Assembly (NCBI GenBank): GCA_044341215.1 | Contig: JBIISC010000001.1 | Span: 40,010 to 104,009, forward strand | Direction of reading: 5' to 3' | Source of the DNA: Candidatus Nanopelagicales bacterium | Lineage (GTDB): Bacteria > Actinomycetota > Actinomycetes > S36-B12 > UBA5976 | DNA: 64,000 nucleotides | In this document: one piece after another, positions 10,560 through 20,069 of the stretch | Layout of the letters: each line of letters opens with the position of its first letter | Numbering within the stretch: position 1 is the stretch's first letter | Program-made: the position numbers and the translations under genes | Notes under the pieces: generated by a model | What the model saw: only the letters and a program-made list of their open reading frames with translations | What the model was told of the DNA's origin: nothing | The model's database searches: none

Positions 10560-11264
10560 TTGAGCCGCGTTGTAGTAGTCACAGGTGGAAACCGAGGAAT
10601 TGGTGCCGCAGTGGCCTCGGCATTTGCCGGGCTAGGCGACAAAGTCATAGTTTTCAGTCGCACAGGTGATGCCCCAACAGGCACAACTGGAATAGCTTGC
10701 GATGTATCGAACACTGAATCCGTTGAAGCGGCTTTTGACAAACTAGAAGCAGATTTTGGTCCAGCTGAAGTTGTTGTGGCAAATGCTGGTGTAACCAAAG
10801 ACACACTGTTAATGCGTATGACCGATGAAGATATTGACTTGGTCTTGAATACCAACTTGTTTGGTGCTCTTCGAATCGCACGCCGGGCTGGCAAGGCAAT
10901 GCTCAAACTTCGCAAAGGGCGCATCATTTTCATTGGTTCCGTTGTTGGCTTGTTAGGCAGTGCTGGTCAAGTTAACTACGCAGCTAGTAAATCCGGTTTA
11001 GTTGGCGCCGCTAGAAGTATTGCACGCGAACTTGGTAGTCGAGGAATCACCGCAAACGTCATCGCGCCAGGTTTTGTTAATACTGACATGACATCTGTTC
11101 TTAGTGATGATCAGAAAAAAGCAATCGTGGCGAGTGTGCCACTAGGTCGCTATGCAGAAACTTTTGAAATCGCGGGTGTTGCTACTTTTTTGGCATCTGA
11201 AGCGGCAAGTTACATCACAGGAGCAGTAATCCCTGTTGATGGTGGTCTAGGAATGGGGCATTAG
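10560..11264 (+). CDS. fabG: 3-oxoacyl-ACP reductase (MabA/FabG1-like SDR)
   Basis: VTGGNRGIG cofactor motif, catalytic YAASK. Located immediately upstream of inhA, as in mycobacteria. Confidence 0.88.
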   Translation: MSRVVVVTGGNRGIGAAVASAFAGLGDKVIVFSRTGDAPTGTTGIACDVSNTESVEAAFDKLEADFGPAEVVVANAGVTKDTLLMRMTDEDIDLVLNTNLFGALRIARRAGKAMLKLRKGRIIFIGSVVGLLGSAGQVNYAASKSGLVGAARSIARELGSRGITANVIAPGFVNTDMTSVLSDDQKKAIVASVPLGRYAETFEIAGVATFLASEAASYITGAVIPVDGGLGMGH

Positions 11265-11271
11265 GAAAATT

Positions 11272-12039
11272 ATGGGAATCCTTGAAGGTAAAACAATTTT
11301 AGTAACTGGCATCATCACTGAAAGTTCAATTGCTTACGATGTTGCCCGACTTGCACAAGAGCAAGGCGCTAACGTTGTAATTACAGGTTTCGGACGTGGT
11401 TTATCAATTACGCAGAAGGTCGCGAAAAAACTACCAAAAGAAGCTCCAGTAATTGAACTCGATGTTTCAGATCAAGCTCAGCTGGATTCTTTGGCAGAAC
11501 GCTTAAGTCCTTTTGTTACCCAATTAGACGGTGTTCTACATTCAATCGGTTACGCACCACAATCTGCCTTAGGTGGCAACTTCCTTCACACTCCGTGGGA
11601 AGATGTTGCTGTTGCTCTACAGATAAGCGCATTCTCACTAAAATCTTTGTCGGTAGCTTGCCTGCCTTTAATGCACCCAGGATCGAGCATTGTTGGATTA
11701 ACATTTGATGCATCGATTGCATGGCCAATTTATGACTGGATGGGCGTAGCAAAGGCTGCCTTTGAATCAACTTGTCGCTACCTAGCCAGAGATCTTGGGC
11801 CTAAAGGCATCCGGGTTAACTTAGTTGCCGCCGGCCCAATTGGCTCCATGGCGGCAAAATCAATCCCTGATTTTCATCGCATCGAAGCTATTTGGAATGA
11901 ACGAGCTCCGATTGGCTGGGACACCAAAGATGCAGAACCATCAGCACGAACTTGCATAGGTTTGATGAGTGACTGGTTCCCTAAAACCACTGGCGAAATT
12001 GTGCATTGCGATGGCGGCGTCCACGCTGTAGCAGGCTAA
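11272..12039 (+). CDS. inhA: Enoyl-ACP reductase (NADH), InhA/FabI
   Basis: FabI-family sequence with YDWMGVAKAA (Y-x6-K). Adjacent to fabG. Confidence 0.88.
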   Translation: MGILEGKTILVTGIITESSIAYDVARLAQEQGANVVITGFGRGLSITQKVAKKLPKEAPVIELDVSDQAQLDSLAERLSPFVTQLDGVLHSIGYAPQSALGGNFLHTPWEDVAVALQISAFSLKSLSVACLPLMHPGSSIVGLTFDASIAWPIYDWMGVAKAAFESTCRYLARDLGPKGIRVNLVAAGPIGSMAAKSIPDFHRIEAIWNERAPIGWDTKDAEPSARTCIGLMSDWFPKTTGEIVHCDGGVHAVAG

Positions 12040-12530
12040 TGAGGGAACTCATTTTGGTCAGGCATGCTAAGAGCGATTGGCCAACAGGTGTCGAAGACAA
12101 AGAACGCACACTCTCAGATCGAGGCGTTAGAGACTGTCAGATTGCAGCTCGTTATTTCATAGGGTTGGAAGAACTAAATCACTTTGTAGTGCACGTTTCT
12201 TCCGCAGCACGCACCGTGCAAACCTGGCAGGAAGTGTCGAAGCCTTTTTCTGAACAACCTCAAGTTGTGAAAACCGATGAAATTTATGAAACAAGTTTTG
12301 ATGGATTGATTTCTTACCTAGCGGATCAGTCAGCACAAAAATTGATATTTGTCGGACATAATCCATCGTTAGCACTTTTAGGAGAGCATTTAACGGGGGA
12401 GGCAATCCGCAAATTCCCATCTTTAAGCATTTGGCATTTGCAAGTACCAAATGAATGGGAACGGGGTGCTGCAATAACCGTAAACCGGTTAGTTCCTAGA
12501 GCAGATCTAAACCTTACAGATAGTGATTAA
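12039..12530 (+). CDS. Histidine phosphatase superfamily protein (SixA-like)
   Basis: LILVRHAKS catalytic RHA motif and a later GHNP. I trimmed the start to the ATG at 12039, which overlaps the inhA stop as TAATG; the track ORF starts at 12006. Confidence 0.75.
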   Translation: MRELILVRHAKSDWPTGVEDKERTLSDRGVRDCQIAARYFIGLEELNHFVVHVSSAARTVQTWQEVSKPFSEQPQVVKTDEIYETSFDGLISYLADQSAQKLIFVGHNPSLALLGEHLTGEAIRKFPSLSIWHLQVPNEWERGAAITVNRLVPRADLNLTDSD

Positions 12531-13747
12531 TGCTCGTGAATGTGATGAATCGGTTTGTATTCTGCTTTCAATCCGCTGTCTGCATCAAACTTTTCGATTT
12601 CTGCACGAGTTATGCCGAGTAAATAGAGCACTGTATCTAGATAGGGAACATTCACCGAAGCATCAGCAGCGTTCTGAACTATTGGTTTGGCATTGAATGC
12701 GATACCAAGACCAGCGGCGTCGAGCATATCTAAATCATTAGCACCATCACCGATAGCAATTGTGCGAGATAACGGAATACCATGATCTTCAGCAAACTTC
12801 TTTAAGGCAGCAGCTTTACCGGCGCGGTCAACTACTTTTCCCAAGATGCTACCCGTTAATAAACCATCAACCACTTCCAAGGTATTAGCCTCGACGTGAT
12901 CTACTTTCAACATCTCACCAAGCGGCTGCACAACCTGAATAAATCCACCTGAGACTAAAGCGATGTGAAAATCTAATGACTTCAACACGCGACAAAGCGT
13001 CATCGCACCAGGTGTAAGTCGAATTTCTCGAAGTACCTCTTCGAATACGGTATCCGGTAGTCCTTTCAATAAAGCTACGCGCTCTCGCAAAGACTGCTCG
13101 AAATCCAATTCTCCCGCCATAGCCCGCGCAGTTATTCGCTTCACTTCTTCTCCAGCACCAGCTTTATTCGCGAGCAATTCAACAACTTCATCTTGGATAA
13201 CAGTGCTATCTACATCCATTACAACTAGTTGACGACCTCGCCGTCTAAGCCCACCCTCTTGCACAGCTATGTCAAAACCATGAGCTGCAGCGGCTGCAGC
13301 GAGAGTACGACGAAGACCGGCTATTTCTCCCTGTGAAATCTTTAATTCCAATGCTGTAACGGGATAAGAAGCTATACGTTCAATTCGATCAATATTTGCA
13401 CCATTGCTCGCCACAATCTGAGAGATCGTTGCCAGGGCATTGCCATTTAAAGGAGATCCAAGAACTGTGATTACTAGCTGCGCTGGGTGATCGTTGTCTT
13501 TGCTGCTAGTTACTTCAGAAGATACTTGCATTCCATTTGCGCTGATTGTCTCTCGCACAGAGTCAGCTATTTCTGATGCGTTCACTTCGGGAGTAATTTC
13601 GATGAGTACTGCGAGAGTCAATATCCCTTTTACAACAACCTGCTCTACGTCCAAGATAGTAATTTCTTTCGGTAGAGCCGCGAAAAGTTGATAGGTAATA
13701 CCTGGTTTATCAAAACCGGTGATATTTAGCATTAGAGACTTAGTCAC
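12527..13747 (-). CDS. serB: Phosphoserine phosphatase SerB with N-terminal ACT domains (SerB2-type)
   Basis: HAD motifs MDVDSTVIQDE and GDGANDL. About 170 aa of N-terminal ACT-like repeats. Confidence 0.9.
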   Translation of the reverse strand: MTKSLMLNITGFDKPGITYQLFAALPKEITILDVEQVVVKGILTLAVLIEITPEVNASEIADSVRETISANGMQVSSEVTSSKDNDHPAQLVITVLGSPLNGNALATISQIVASNGANIDRIERIASYPVTALELKISQGEIAGLRRTLAAAAAAHGFDIAVQEGGLRRRGRQLVVMDVDSTVIQDEVVELLANKAGAGEEVKRITARAMAGELDFEQSLRERVALLKGLPDTVFEEVLREIRLTPGAMTLCRVLKSLDFHIALVSGGFIQVVQPLGEMLKVDHVEANTLEVVDGLLTGSILGKVVDRAGKAAALKKFAEDHGIPLSRTIAIGDGANDLDMLDAAGLGIAFNAKPIVQNAADASVNVPYLDTVLYLLGITRAEIEKFDADSGLKAEYKPIHHIHEH

Positions 13748-13792
13748 AGGACAATTCTATCTATCAAAGATTGCCAAAGTAGGCTTACGCGT

Positions 13793-14587
13793 GTGAATCA
13801 AGTTATTGAACTGCTAGATGTGAGTGTATTTCGCAATGGCAAACCAATTCTTGACGATATCTCATGGAAGATAAACAGCGATGAACATTGGGTAGTGCTC
13901 GGCCCAAATGGCGCTGGCAAAACAACTTTGATGCAAATTCTGCAAACAATGATTTTTCCAACAAAAGGGATTGTTGAAATACTTGGAGAGTATTTAGGCC
14001 TTGTTGATGTTTTTGAACTGCGACCACGAATCGGTTTTTCCTCCGCAAGCTTGATAGATCAGTTCCCTGAAAATGAAAATGTGTTGGATGTAGTTAAAAC
14101 ATCAGCTTATTCAATGACTGGCACGTGGCGTGAAGATTACGAAAAAGCCGACATAGCTCGCGCTCTAGATTTACTCGAAAAGTGGGGAATTGAACATCTT
14201 GCGAACAGGACTTTCAAAACTCTCTCAGAAGGTGAAAAGAAACGTGTTCTGATTGCACGTGCTCTAATGGCTAATCCTGAATTGCTGTTACTAGACGAAC
14301 CTGCAGCTGGTCTAGATATTGCCGGAAGAGAATCTATGGTCTGGGAATTAGGAAGATTCGCATCGTCTGACACCTCACCGGTCTGTGTTTTAGTTACTCA
14401 TCACGTTGAGGAGATTCCAGAAGGTTTTACCCATGTCCTATGTTTGAACGGTGGAAGAATTGTCGCCCAAGGACCCATCAATTCCACCCTGAATGACGAG
14501 AACGTAACAAAAACTTTTGGCCTGAATCTAAAGGTGAGCCAGCAAGATACTTCCCGAGGAACTCGATGGCTGGCGTCTTTGATTTAG
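13793..14587 (+). CDS. Orphan ABC ATPase with no adjacent permease
   Basis: GPNGAGKTT, LSEGEKKR, LLLDEPAAGLD. Divergent from serB, as I recall for Rv3041c/Rv3042c. Confidence 0.85.
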   Translation: MNQVIELLDVSVFRNGKPILDDISWKINSDEHWVVLGPNGAGKTTLMQILQTMIFPTKGIVEILGEYLGLVDVFELRPRIGFSSASLIDQFPENENVLDVVKTSAYSMTGTWREDYEKADIARALDLLEKWGIEHLANRTFKTLSEGEKKRVLIARALMANPELLLLDEPAAGLDIAGRESMVWELGRFASSDTSPVCVLVTHHVEEIPEGFTHVLCLNGGRIVAQGPINSTLNDENVTKTFGLNLKVSQQDTSRGTRWLASLI

Positions 14588-14642
14588 AGTTGGTTCAGCG
14601 TGGCAACTAACTCTTTGACAAATACGTGGTTAGAAACACCCA

Positions 14643-15179
14643 ATGAGCGTCGAATTAAATAGTCAACCGCAATGGTTATCCTCACAAGAGCTCGGTGATA
14701 TCCGTGGGAAATTGCCGATTCTTTATGTGAACGTTGTTCCAGTTCGGATCGATAACACAGGTAAAATTTCACATGTAGGACTTCTGCTAACTGTTTCACC
14801 CGATGGAACTATCACCCGTTCAATAGTCGGGGGAAGAGTTTTGCATGGCGAGCTAATAAGAGATGCAATAAGTAGACATATTCTCAAAGACTTAGGCCCA
14901 GTCGCTTTTCCGCGAATTCCGGTCTCGCTGCAACCATTTGATGTCATCGAATATTTCCCCGATAAAAATGTAACTGGGTATCAAGACCCTCGGCAGCATG
15001 CCGTTGCGCTGAGTTATGTTGTTGCTGTGACCGGAGAATGTCAGCCATCGCAAGACGCCCTTGATCTAGTTTGGTTGAGCGTTGAAGAAGCGTCCAGTGA
15101 AAAGGTTCGTAGTGAGATGTATGGCGGACAAGATCGGGTAGTGCGTTCAGCTTTAGCTCACGCTGGCTGTCTGCTTTAA
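14643..15179 (+). CDS. DUF4916 / Nudix-fold-like protein
   Basis: 178 aa and Nudix-sized, but I see no canonical GX5EX7REUXEEXGU box. The position next to the orphan ABC ATPase fits the family. Confidence 0.5.
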   Translation: MSVELNSQPQWLSSQELGDIRGKLPILYVNVVPVRIDNTGKISHVGLLLTVSPDGTITRSIVGGRVLHGELIRDAISRHILKDLGPVAFPRIPVSLQPFDVIEYFPDKNVTGYQDPRQHAVALSYVVAVTGECQPSQDALDLVWLSVEEASSEKVRSEMYGGQDRVVRSALAHAGCLL

Positions 15180-15181
15180 CC

Positions 15182-15868
15182 ATGTTACGAACCTGGTTGA
15201 GCGTCATCCATCCCTCATGGCAGCCTTTTATCGATACGCAACTAACTAATCTCAATGAGATAGTCGAACAAGCGAGCAGAATTTCTCCAGAAACAGAGAT
15301 ACTGCCTGCGGCTGAGCAAGTTTTGAGATGTTTAAGCATGCCATTAACTGACGTTAAGGTTTTGATTGTTGGGCAAGATCCATATCCAAACGCACAACAT
15401 GCTTGCGGATTGGCGTTCGCAGTTGGAAGTAACGCTGTTCTAATGCCAAAGAGTTTGAAAAATATTCAAATTGAATTGGTTTCAGATTTGGGATGCCCAA
15501 ATAAAGATAACATGGAATTGGTTGCTTGGCATGAGCAAGGGGTTATGTTGCTTAATCGTGTTCTAACTGTAAACATAGGCAAAACCAATAGTCATTCGGA
15601 CATTGGTTGGCAGGAATTTACACTTGAGCTTATAAGGTACATAGATACAAATAGGCAAGTGGTGGCAATACTTTGGGGAAACTCAGCAATCAGCGTTGAG
15701 AAGAATTTAGTGAATGCGCGGATTGTTAAGTCTGCCCACCCAAGTCCTCTATCTGCTTTCAGAGGATTCTTCGGAAGCAAGCCATTTAGTAAAACAAATG
15801 ATCTCCTAATGGAATTGGATATAGCTCCTATTGATTGGTGTAGCGCAATGGGAGTAATTCGCGAGTAA
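15182..15868 (+). CDS. ung: Uracil-DNA glycosylase (family 1)
   Basis: GQDPYP catalytic motif and the HPSPLSA intercalation loop. Confidence 0.93.
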   Translation: MLRTWLSVIHPSWQPFIDTQLTNLNEIVEQASRISPETEILPAAEQVLRCLSMPLTDVKVLIVGQDPYPNAQHACGLAFAVGSNAVLMPKSLKNIQIELVSDLGCPNKDNMELVAWHEQGVMLLNRVLTVNIGKTNSHSDIGWQEFTLELIRYIDTNRQVVAILWGNSAISVEKNLVNARIVKSAHPSPLSAFRGFFGSKPFSKTNDLLMELDIAPIDWCSAMGVIRE

Positions 15869-15924
15869 GGGCCAGCGCGTAAAGACGTTTTAAGATTTCC
15901 ACATTGGACTTCGCTAGTAATTCT

Positions 15925-16767
15925 TTAACGCATAAACAACGCGGTGAGTCTTCTTGTTGTTATAAACAATCCTGCACCAATCATGACCAAGAAATATGCA
16001 ACTGGCCCAAAAAGGTGTGATGAGACATTTCCTAACATTAAATCGCGAACCAAGTTCACAGCTTGGGATAAAGGCAAATAATTAACTATGTTTTGTAGCC
16101 ACTGTGGAAAGACGCTAACTGGATAAAACGTTCCTGAGAAAAGAAACATCGGTAACAGTGCAAAGCTAATCCAATTCATTTGGGCAAAGGATTCCAGATA
16201 CGAAGTGACAGCCATACCAACTGCCGCGAATCCAAATGCAACCAAAAGAGCCGCCGGTATTGCAAATATCGCGAACGGGCTAACCACAAGTCCGAGAGGG
16301 ATGCTGATACACATGAAACCTATTGCGTAGACCAGTCCTCGCAAAAGTGCCCACGCCATTTCCCCAAGTGCTAGATCTAGAGGCCCCATGGAAGTAGCCA
16401 AGGTGGCCTGATATTGCTTGCCAAAATGCATTCTAAAAAAAACATTCCAGGTTGAATCGTAGATAGCGCCATTCATGGCACTTGTTGCCAGCAGGGCTGG
16501 CGCAATGTAGGCGGCATACGAAACCGGTTGGCCTACTCCATCTGTAACTCCACCAATCAATTGACCAACACCGAAGCCAAAGGACAATAGATAAAAAACT
16601 GGTTCGACAAAGCCCGAAAGAATTACAAACCAGTTAGATGACTTCATCGCAAAATAGCCGCGCTGCACTATGACTCGAGAGCGGCCAGAATAGATTCCAG
16701 AACCAGCTTTATTGGTTCGACGTTCAGCAATCGCCACAGCGGAATCCATAATTACATTGGTAAGCAT
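15925..16767 (-). CDS. ABC-2 type exporter permease (second of two)
   Basis: 280-aa six-TM protein, paralogous to the upstream permease. The junction is a TAATG overlap. Confidence 0.8.
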   Translation of the reverse strand: MLTNVIMDSAVAIAERRTNKAGSGIYSGRSRVIVQRGYFAMKSSNWFVILSGFVEPVFYLLSFGFGVGQLIGGVTDGVGQPVSYAAYIAPALLATSAMNGAIYDSTWNVFFRMHFGKQYQATLATSMGPLDLALGEMAWALLRGLVYAIGFMCISIPLGLVVSPFAIFAIPAALLVAFGFAAVGMAVTSYLESFAQMNWISFALLPMFLFSGTFYPVSVFPQWLQNIVNYLPLSQAVNLVRDLMLGNVSSHLFGPVAYFLVMIGAGLFITTRRLTALFMR

Positions 16768-17609
16768 TAGGCGGCCAAACGTGCGGTAATTTTTCGAGCT
16801 CCGAAATAAGCACCAATAAGAAACAGAAGAGTTAAATAACCGAAATGCATAAGCATTGTTGCCGCGCCCATGTTGGTTCCATATGTGAACTGTCTACCAA
16901 TTTCCGTTGCATGCCAAAGAGGCGAGATCCAACCAACTACTTGCAATCCAATTGGCATCAATTCCAGCGGGTAAAAAGTTCCTGAAAACAAAAACATTGG
17001 TGCGATTACGAATCTTCCTATTAATGCGAAATAGCCATCATCGTCTTTAACATAGGCTGCCACTGCAAGCATCAAGGATGCAAATGCCGTCCCAGCAAAA
17101 ATGGCAGAAGGGACCAGCGTGAAGATTGACACAAAGTCAACCACCCCAGCAATCAATAAAACCAGCCAGTATAGAATTACCGAGAATACAGTTCTAGCAA
17201 ATGCAGCTATTTGCACGCCATGTGTAATTTGTTTACCAGTTATTGCGGTGGCATTCATTGCATAAAAATATTTTTCCCAGATAAATCCAGCAAGTACCGG
17301 AAAGGTCACTTCATCCATACCGCTCTGGATTGCAGCGCTAGCGAGCAAGGCAGGAGCTAAGAACAATAAATACGACACACCATTGACTCCTTGGCTGCCA
17401 ACGTTGGCATCAACCAAAGCGCCTATTCCCAGTCCTATTGAAACTAGATAGAGAACAGGATTTCCCAATCCAAAGGCCAAAATCGCTGTCCACCATTTAA
17501 ACATGTGTCTTATTCGGTACTCAGCTACAAAAAACGCACCCCATCTAGCAACGTTTTGCACATCAACCAGTTTCAGCGCGCCAACTCTTGGAGTTTGATC
17601 AATACTCAC
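16767..17609 (-). CDS. ABC-2 type exporter permease (first of two)
   Basis: 280-aa polytopic membrane protein. Overlaps the ATPase stop by 4 nt. Confidence 0.8.
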   Translation of the reverse strand: MSIDQTPRVGALKLVDVQNVARWGAFFVAEYRIRHMFKWWTAILAFGLGNPVLYLVSIGLGIGALVDANVGSQGVNGVSYLLFLAPALLASAAIQSGMDEVTFPVLAGFIWEKYFYAMNATAITGKQITHGVQIAAFARTVFSVILYWLVLLIAGVVDFVSIFTLVPSAIFAGTAFASLMLAVAAYVKDDDGYFALIGRFVIAPMFLFSGTFYPLELMPIGLQVVGWISPLWHATEIGRQFTYGTNMGAATMLMHFGYLTLLFLIGAYFGARKITARLAA

Positions 17610-18535
17610 TCGACCAAACTCCGGCCTGTTAGACGCAAAAAGACGTCTTCTAGTGAACTTCTTCTAACCAATGAGGTCACTGGATGTAGTCCCATAGAAA
17701 TTATTTTTGCTAATTCCGCCTCGCCATCTTGTGAGTAAATCAAAATCCTGTCGGGCAAGATTTCGATTCTCTCTCCGAGAACTTTTATCTGTTGTGAAAT
17801 GTCGGCATTCTTGTCTGAACCGAAGCGCACTTCCAGAACTTCCTTTGAACTGTATTGCTTTATCAATTCTGACGGACTGCCTTGGGCCATAATCTTTCCG
17901 TTGTCCATCACGATTAGTCGATCGCATAATTGTTCCGCTTCATCCATGTAATGCGTAGTTATGACAAGGGTTACACCCTGTTCCTTTAAACGGAAAAGTC
18001 GATCCCACAAAATGTGGCGGGCCTGCGGATCTAATCCTGTTGTTGGTTCATCTAGAAGGAAAATCTCTGGTTCATTCATTAGCCCCCGAGCGATGGTTAG
18101 TCGTCTTTTCATTCCACCACTTAGAGAATCAGTTTTCGCATTTCGTTTCTCTTGTAATTGAGCAAAATCCAAGAGTTCTTCAATCTTTTTTTCAATGTAC
18201 TTTCGGCTTAAACCAAAGTACCGACCGTAGATATATAGATTTTCGTAAACTTTGAGTTCAGTATCCAGATTGTCCGTTTGTGGTACTACACCAAGATAAG
18301 CACGAATTGTTGGACCGAATTTGTTTGGGTCCATGCCCAAAATCTCTAAATCTCCACTAGTTCTTTCCAAGGTTGAAGCAATCATCCGCATTGTGGTTGA
18401 TTTGCCCGCTCCATTTGGCCCGAGCAACCCAAAAGATTCACCTTTAGTAACTTGAAAATCAATGCCGTCAACTGCAACGAAATCACCATATAGCTTGGTC
18501 AAAGATGAGGCTCTAATAAGTACTTCATCTGCCAC
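17606..18535 (-). CDS. ABC exporter ATP-binding protein (DrrA/NodI-like)
   Basis: GPNGAGKSTT, LSGGMKRRL, LLDEPTTGLD. The one-ATPase, two-permease layout resembles the mycobacterial Rv2688c-2686c type. Confidence 0.88.
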   Translation of the reverse strand: MADEVLIRASSLTKLYGDFVAVDGIDFQVTKGESFGLLGPNGAGKSTTMRMIASTLERTSGDLEILGMDPNKFGPTIRAYLGVVPQTDNLDTELKVYENLYIYGRYFGLSRKYIEKKIEELLDFAQLQEKRNAKTDSLSGGMKRRLTIARGLMNEPEIFLLDEPTTGLDPQARHILWDRLFRLKEQGVTLVITTHYMDEAEQLCDRLIVMDNGKIMAQGSPSELIKQYSSKEVLEVRFGSDKNADISQQIKVLGERIEILPDRILIYSQDGEAELAKIISMGLHPVTSLVRRSSLEDVFLRLTGRSLVE

Positions 18536-18575
18536 GGCTGGGACTCACAATCTGTTGAAATTACCTACACAAGAG

Positions 18576-18601
18576 TAGAACCCGCCGTTAAGCGGGTTCT
18601 A
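18576..18601 (-). terminator. Perfect 10-bp stem hairpin immediately 3' of tRNA-Leu
   Basis: TAGAACCCGC-cgttaa-GCGGGTTCTA read directly from the sequence. It starts 4 nt downstream of the tRNA 3' end on the minus strand. The trailing U-tract is weak. Confidence 0.45.
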
Positions 18602-18604
18602 ACG

Positions 18605-18688
18605 TGTCCGAAAGGGGACTTGAACCCCTAACCCCTTGCGAGGACTAGCACCTCAAGCTAGCGCGTCTGCCTATTCCGCCACCCGGAC
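18605..18688 (-). tRNA. tRNA-Leu (anticodon GAG), type II with long variable arm; CCA not encoded
   Basis: The reverse complement folds by hand as follows. Acceptor GUCCGGG/UUCGGAC; anticodon stem CUAGC/GCUAG with loop UUGAGGU; variable arm CCUCGCAAGGGG; T arm AGGGG-UUCAAGU-CCCCU. Confidence 0.85.
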
Positions 18689-18749
18689 TCGAGCGGCGAA
18701 CTTTACCAATGCTGAGGATGAACCTTCGCCATACTGGCAGACTAAACCT

Positions 18750-20069
18750 ATGACCCTAAATACCCCTACCGCGGATATTGATCAAGAAGTTGTGCAGATC
18801 ACTCAAGAGTTGATTCAAATTGACTCAACCAACTTTGGTGACGGGAGCGGTCCTGGTGAGGCAGCAGTGGCTGAGTATGTGGAATCTAAACTAAAAGAGC
18901 TAGGAATTGATTGCGAGAGGTTCACAACAACTTCAGGAAAACGACAAGGTGTCTTTGCTCGAGTTGAAGGTTCTGATCCCACAGCAGAAGCTTTGCTTGT
19001 TCATGGGCATCTTGATGTGGTACCTGCAGTTGGAGATTGGCAACATGATCCTTTCGGCGGTGAAATTCACGACGGCATGGTTTGGGGACGCGGCGCGGTA
19101 GATATGAAAGACGGCAACGCAATTTTGTTGTCAACAGTAAGAGCTTGGAAGGCTGCTGGGATCAAGCCCCGTAGAAATATAAATTTGCTTTTTCTCCCAG
19201 ATGAAGAAGCTGGCGGTAAACATGGAGCTCACTGGTTAGTTGAAAATCGCAAAGATATGTTCCAAAACGTTTCCGAAGCAGTGGGAGAGGTTGGTGGCTT
19301 CTCCTTAGAAGTTAACAAAGAGTTGCGACTGTATTTTATCGAAACCGCGGAAAAAGGCATTCGATGGATGAAGCTGACTGCCGAAGGGCAAGCAGGACAT
19401 GGATCGATGCTAAATAGAAACAATGCCGTCACAGAACTTGCAAAAACTCTAACCCGAATTGGTCAATTCGACTGGCCAGTTCGACTGACAAAAACCAATG
19501 AAGCTTTGGTGCGTGAACTTTCAGAAGCTTTCAAAATTGATTTGGATCCAACGGATGTGCCGAGCATTATCAAAGTTCTTGGACCTATGGCTCGACTTAT
19601 TGGCGCAACTTTTCAAAACTCTGCTCAACCGACGATGTTGGAGGCAGGATACAAAGTGAACGTCATACCGCAATTTGCAACAGCACAAATAGACGGCAGA
19701 GTGCTACCAGGCTTCGAGGACGAATTCGATGCACAAATAGATGAATTACTTGGTCCAAACATAACCCGCACCGATTCAATTCGAGATATCGCAATGGAAA
19801 CACCGTTCGATGGACCGACGGTTGATGCAATGGCAGCAGCATTGCGATCAGAAGATGATAAAGCTCATGCTGTGCCATATGTCTTAAGCGGTGGCACGGA
19901 CGCAAAGGCATTCGCAAGATTAGATATCCGGTGTTACGGGTTCATTCCGCTGCAACTCCCACCAGCTTTAGATTTTGCATCTTTATTCCATGGAGTTGAC
20001 GAACGCGTCCCAATCGATTCTCTGCGATTTGGTGCACGAGTTATGGATCGTTTTCTTAAAAATGCTTAG
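18750..20069 (+). CDS. M20 family metallopeptidase / dipeptidase
   Basis: HGHLDVVP and GRGAVDMKDG motifs. I trimmed the start to the ATG at 18750, because the track ORF (from 18636) would overlap the tRNA gene. Confidence 0.85.
   Translation: MTLNTPTADIDQEVVQITQELIQIDSTNFGDGSGPGEAAVAEYVESKLKELGIDCERFTTTSGKRQGVFARVEGSDPTAEALLVHGHLDVVPAVGDWQHDPFGGEIHDGMVWGRGAVDMKDGNAILLSTVRAWKAAGIKPRRNINLLFLPDEEAGGKHGAHWLVENRKDMFQNVSEAVGEVGGFSLEVNKELRLYFIETAEKGIRWMKLTAEGQAGHGSMLNRNNAVTELAKTLTRIGQFDWPVRLTKTNEALVRELSEAFKIDLDPTDVPSIIKVLGPMARLIGATFQNSAQPTMLEAGYKVNVIPQFATAQIDGRVLPGFEDEFDAQIDELLGPNITRTDSIRDIAMETPFDGPTVDAMAAALRSEDDKAHAVPYVLSGGTDAKAFARLDIRCYGFIPLQLPPALDFASLFHGVDERVPIDSLRFGARVMDRFLKNA

Noticed and set aside
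18636-18749. N-terminal 38-codon extension of the M20 peptidase ORF as given in the track.
   Set aside because: The extension overlaps the hand-folded tRNA-Leu(GAG) gene on the opposite strand, and its translation is Ala/Ser/Thr/Arg-rich. The internal ATG at 18750 gives a normal M20 N-terminus.
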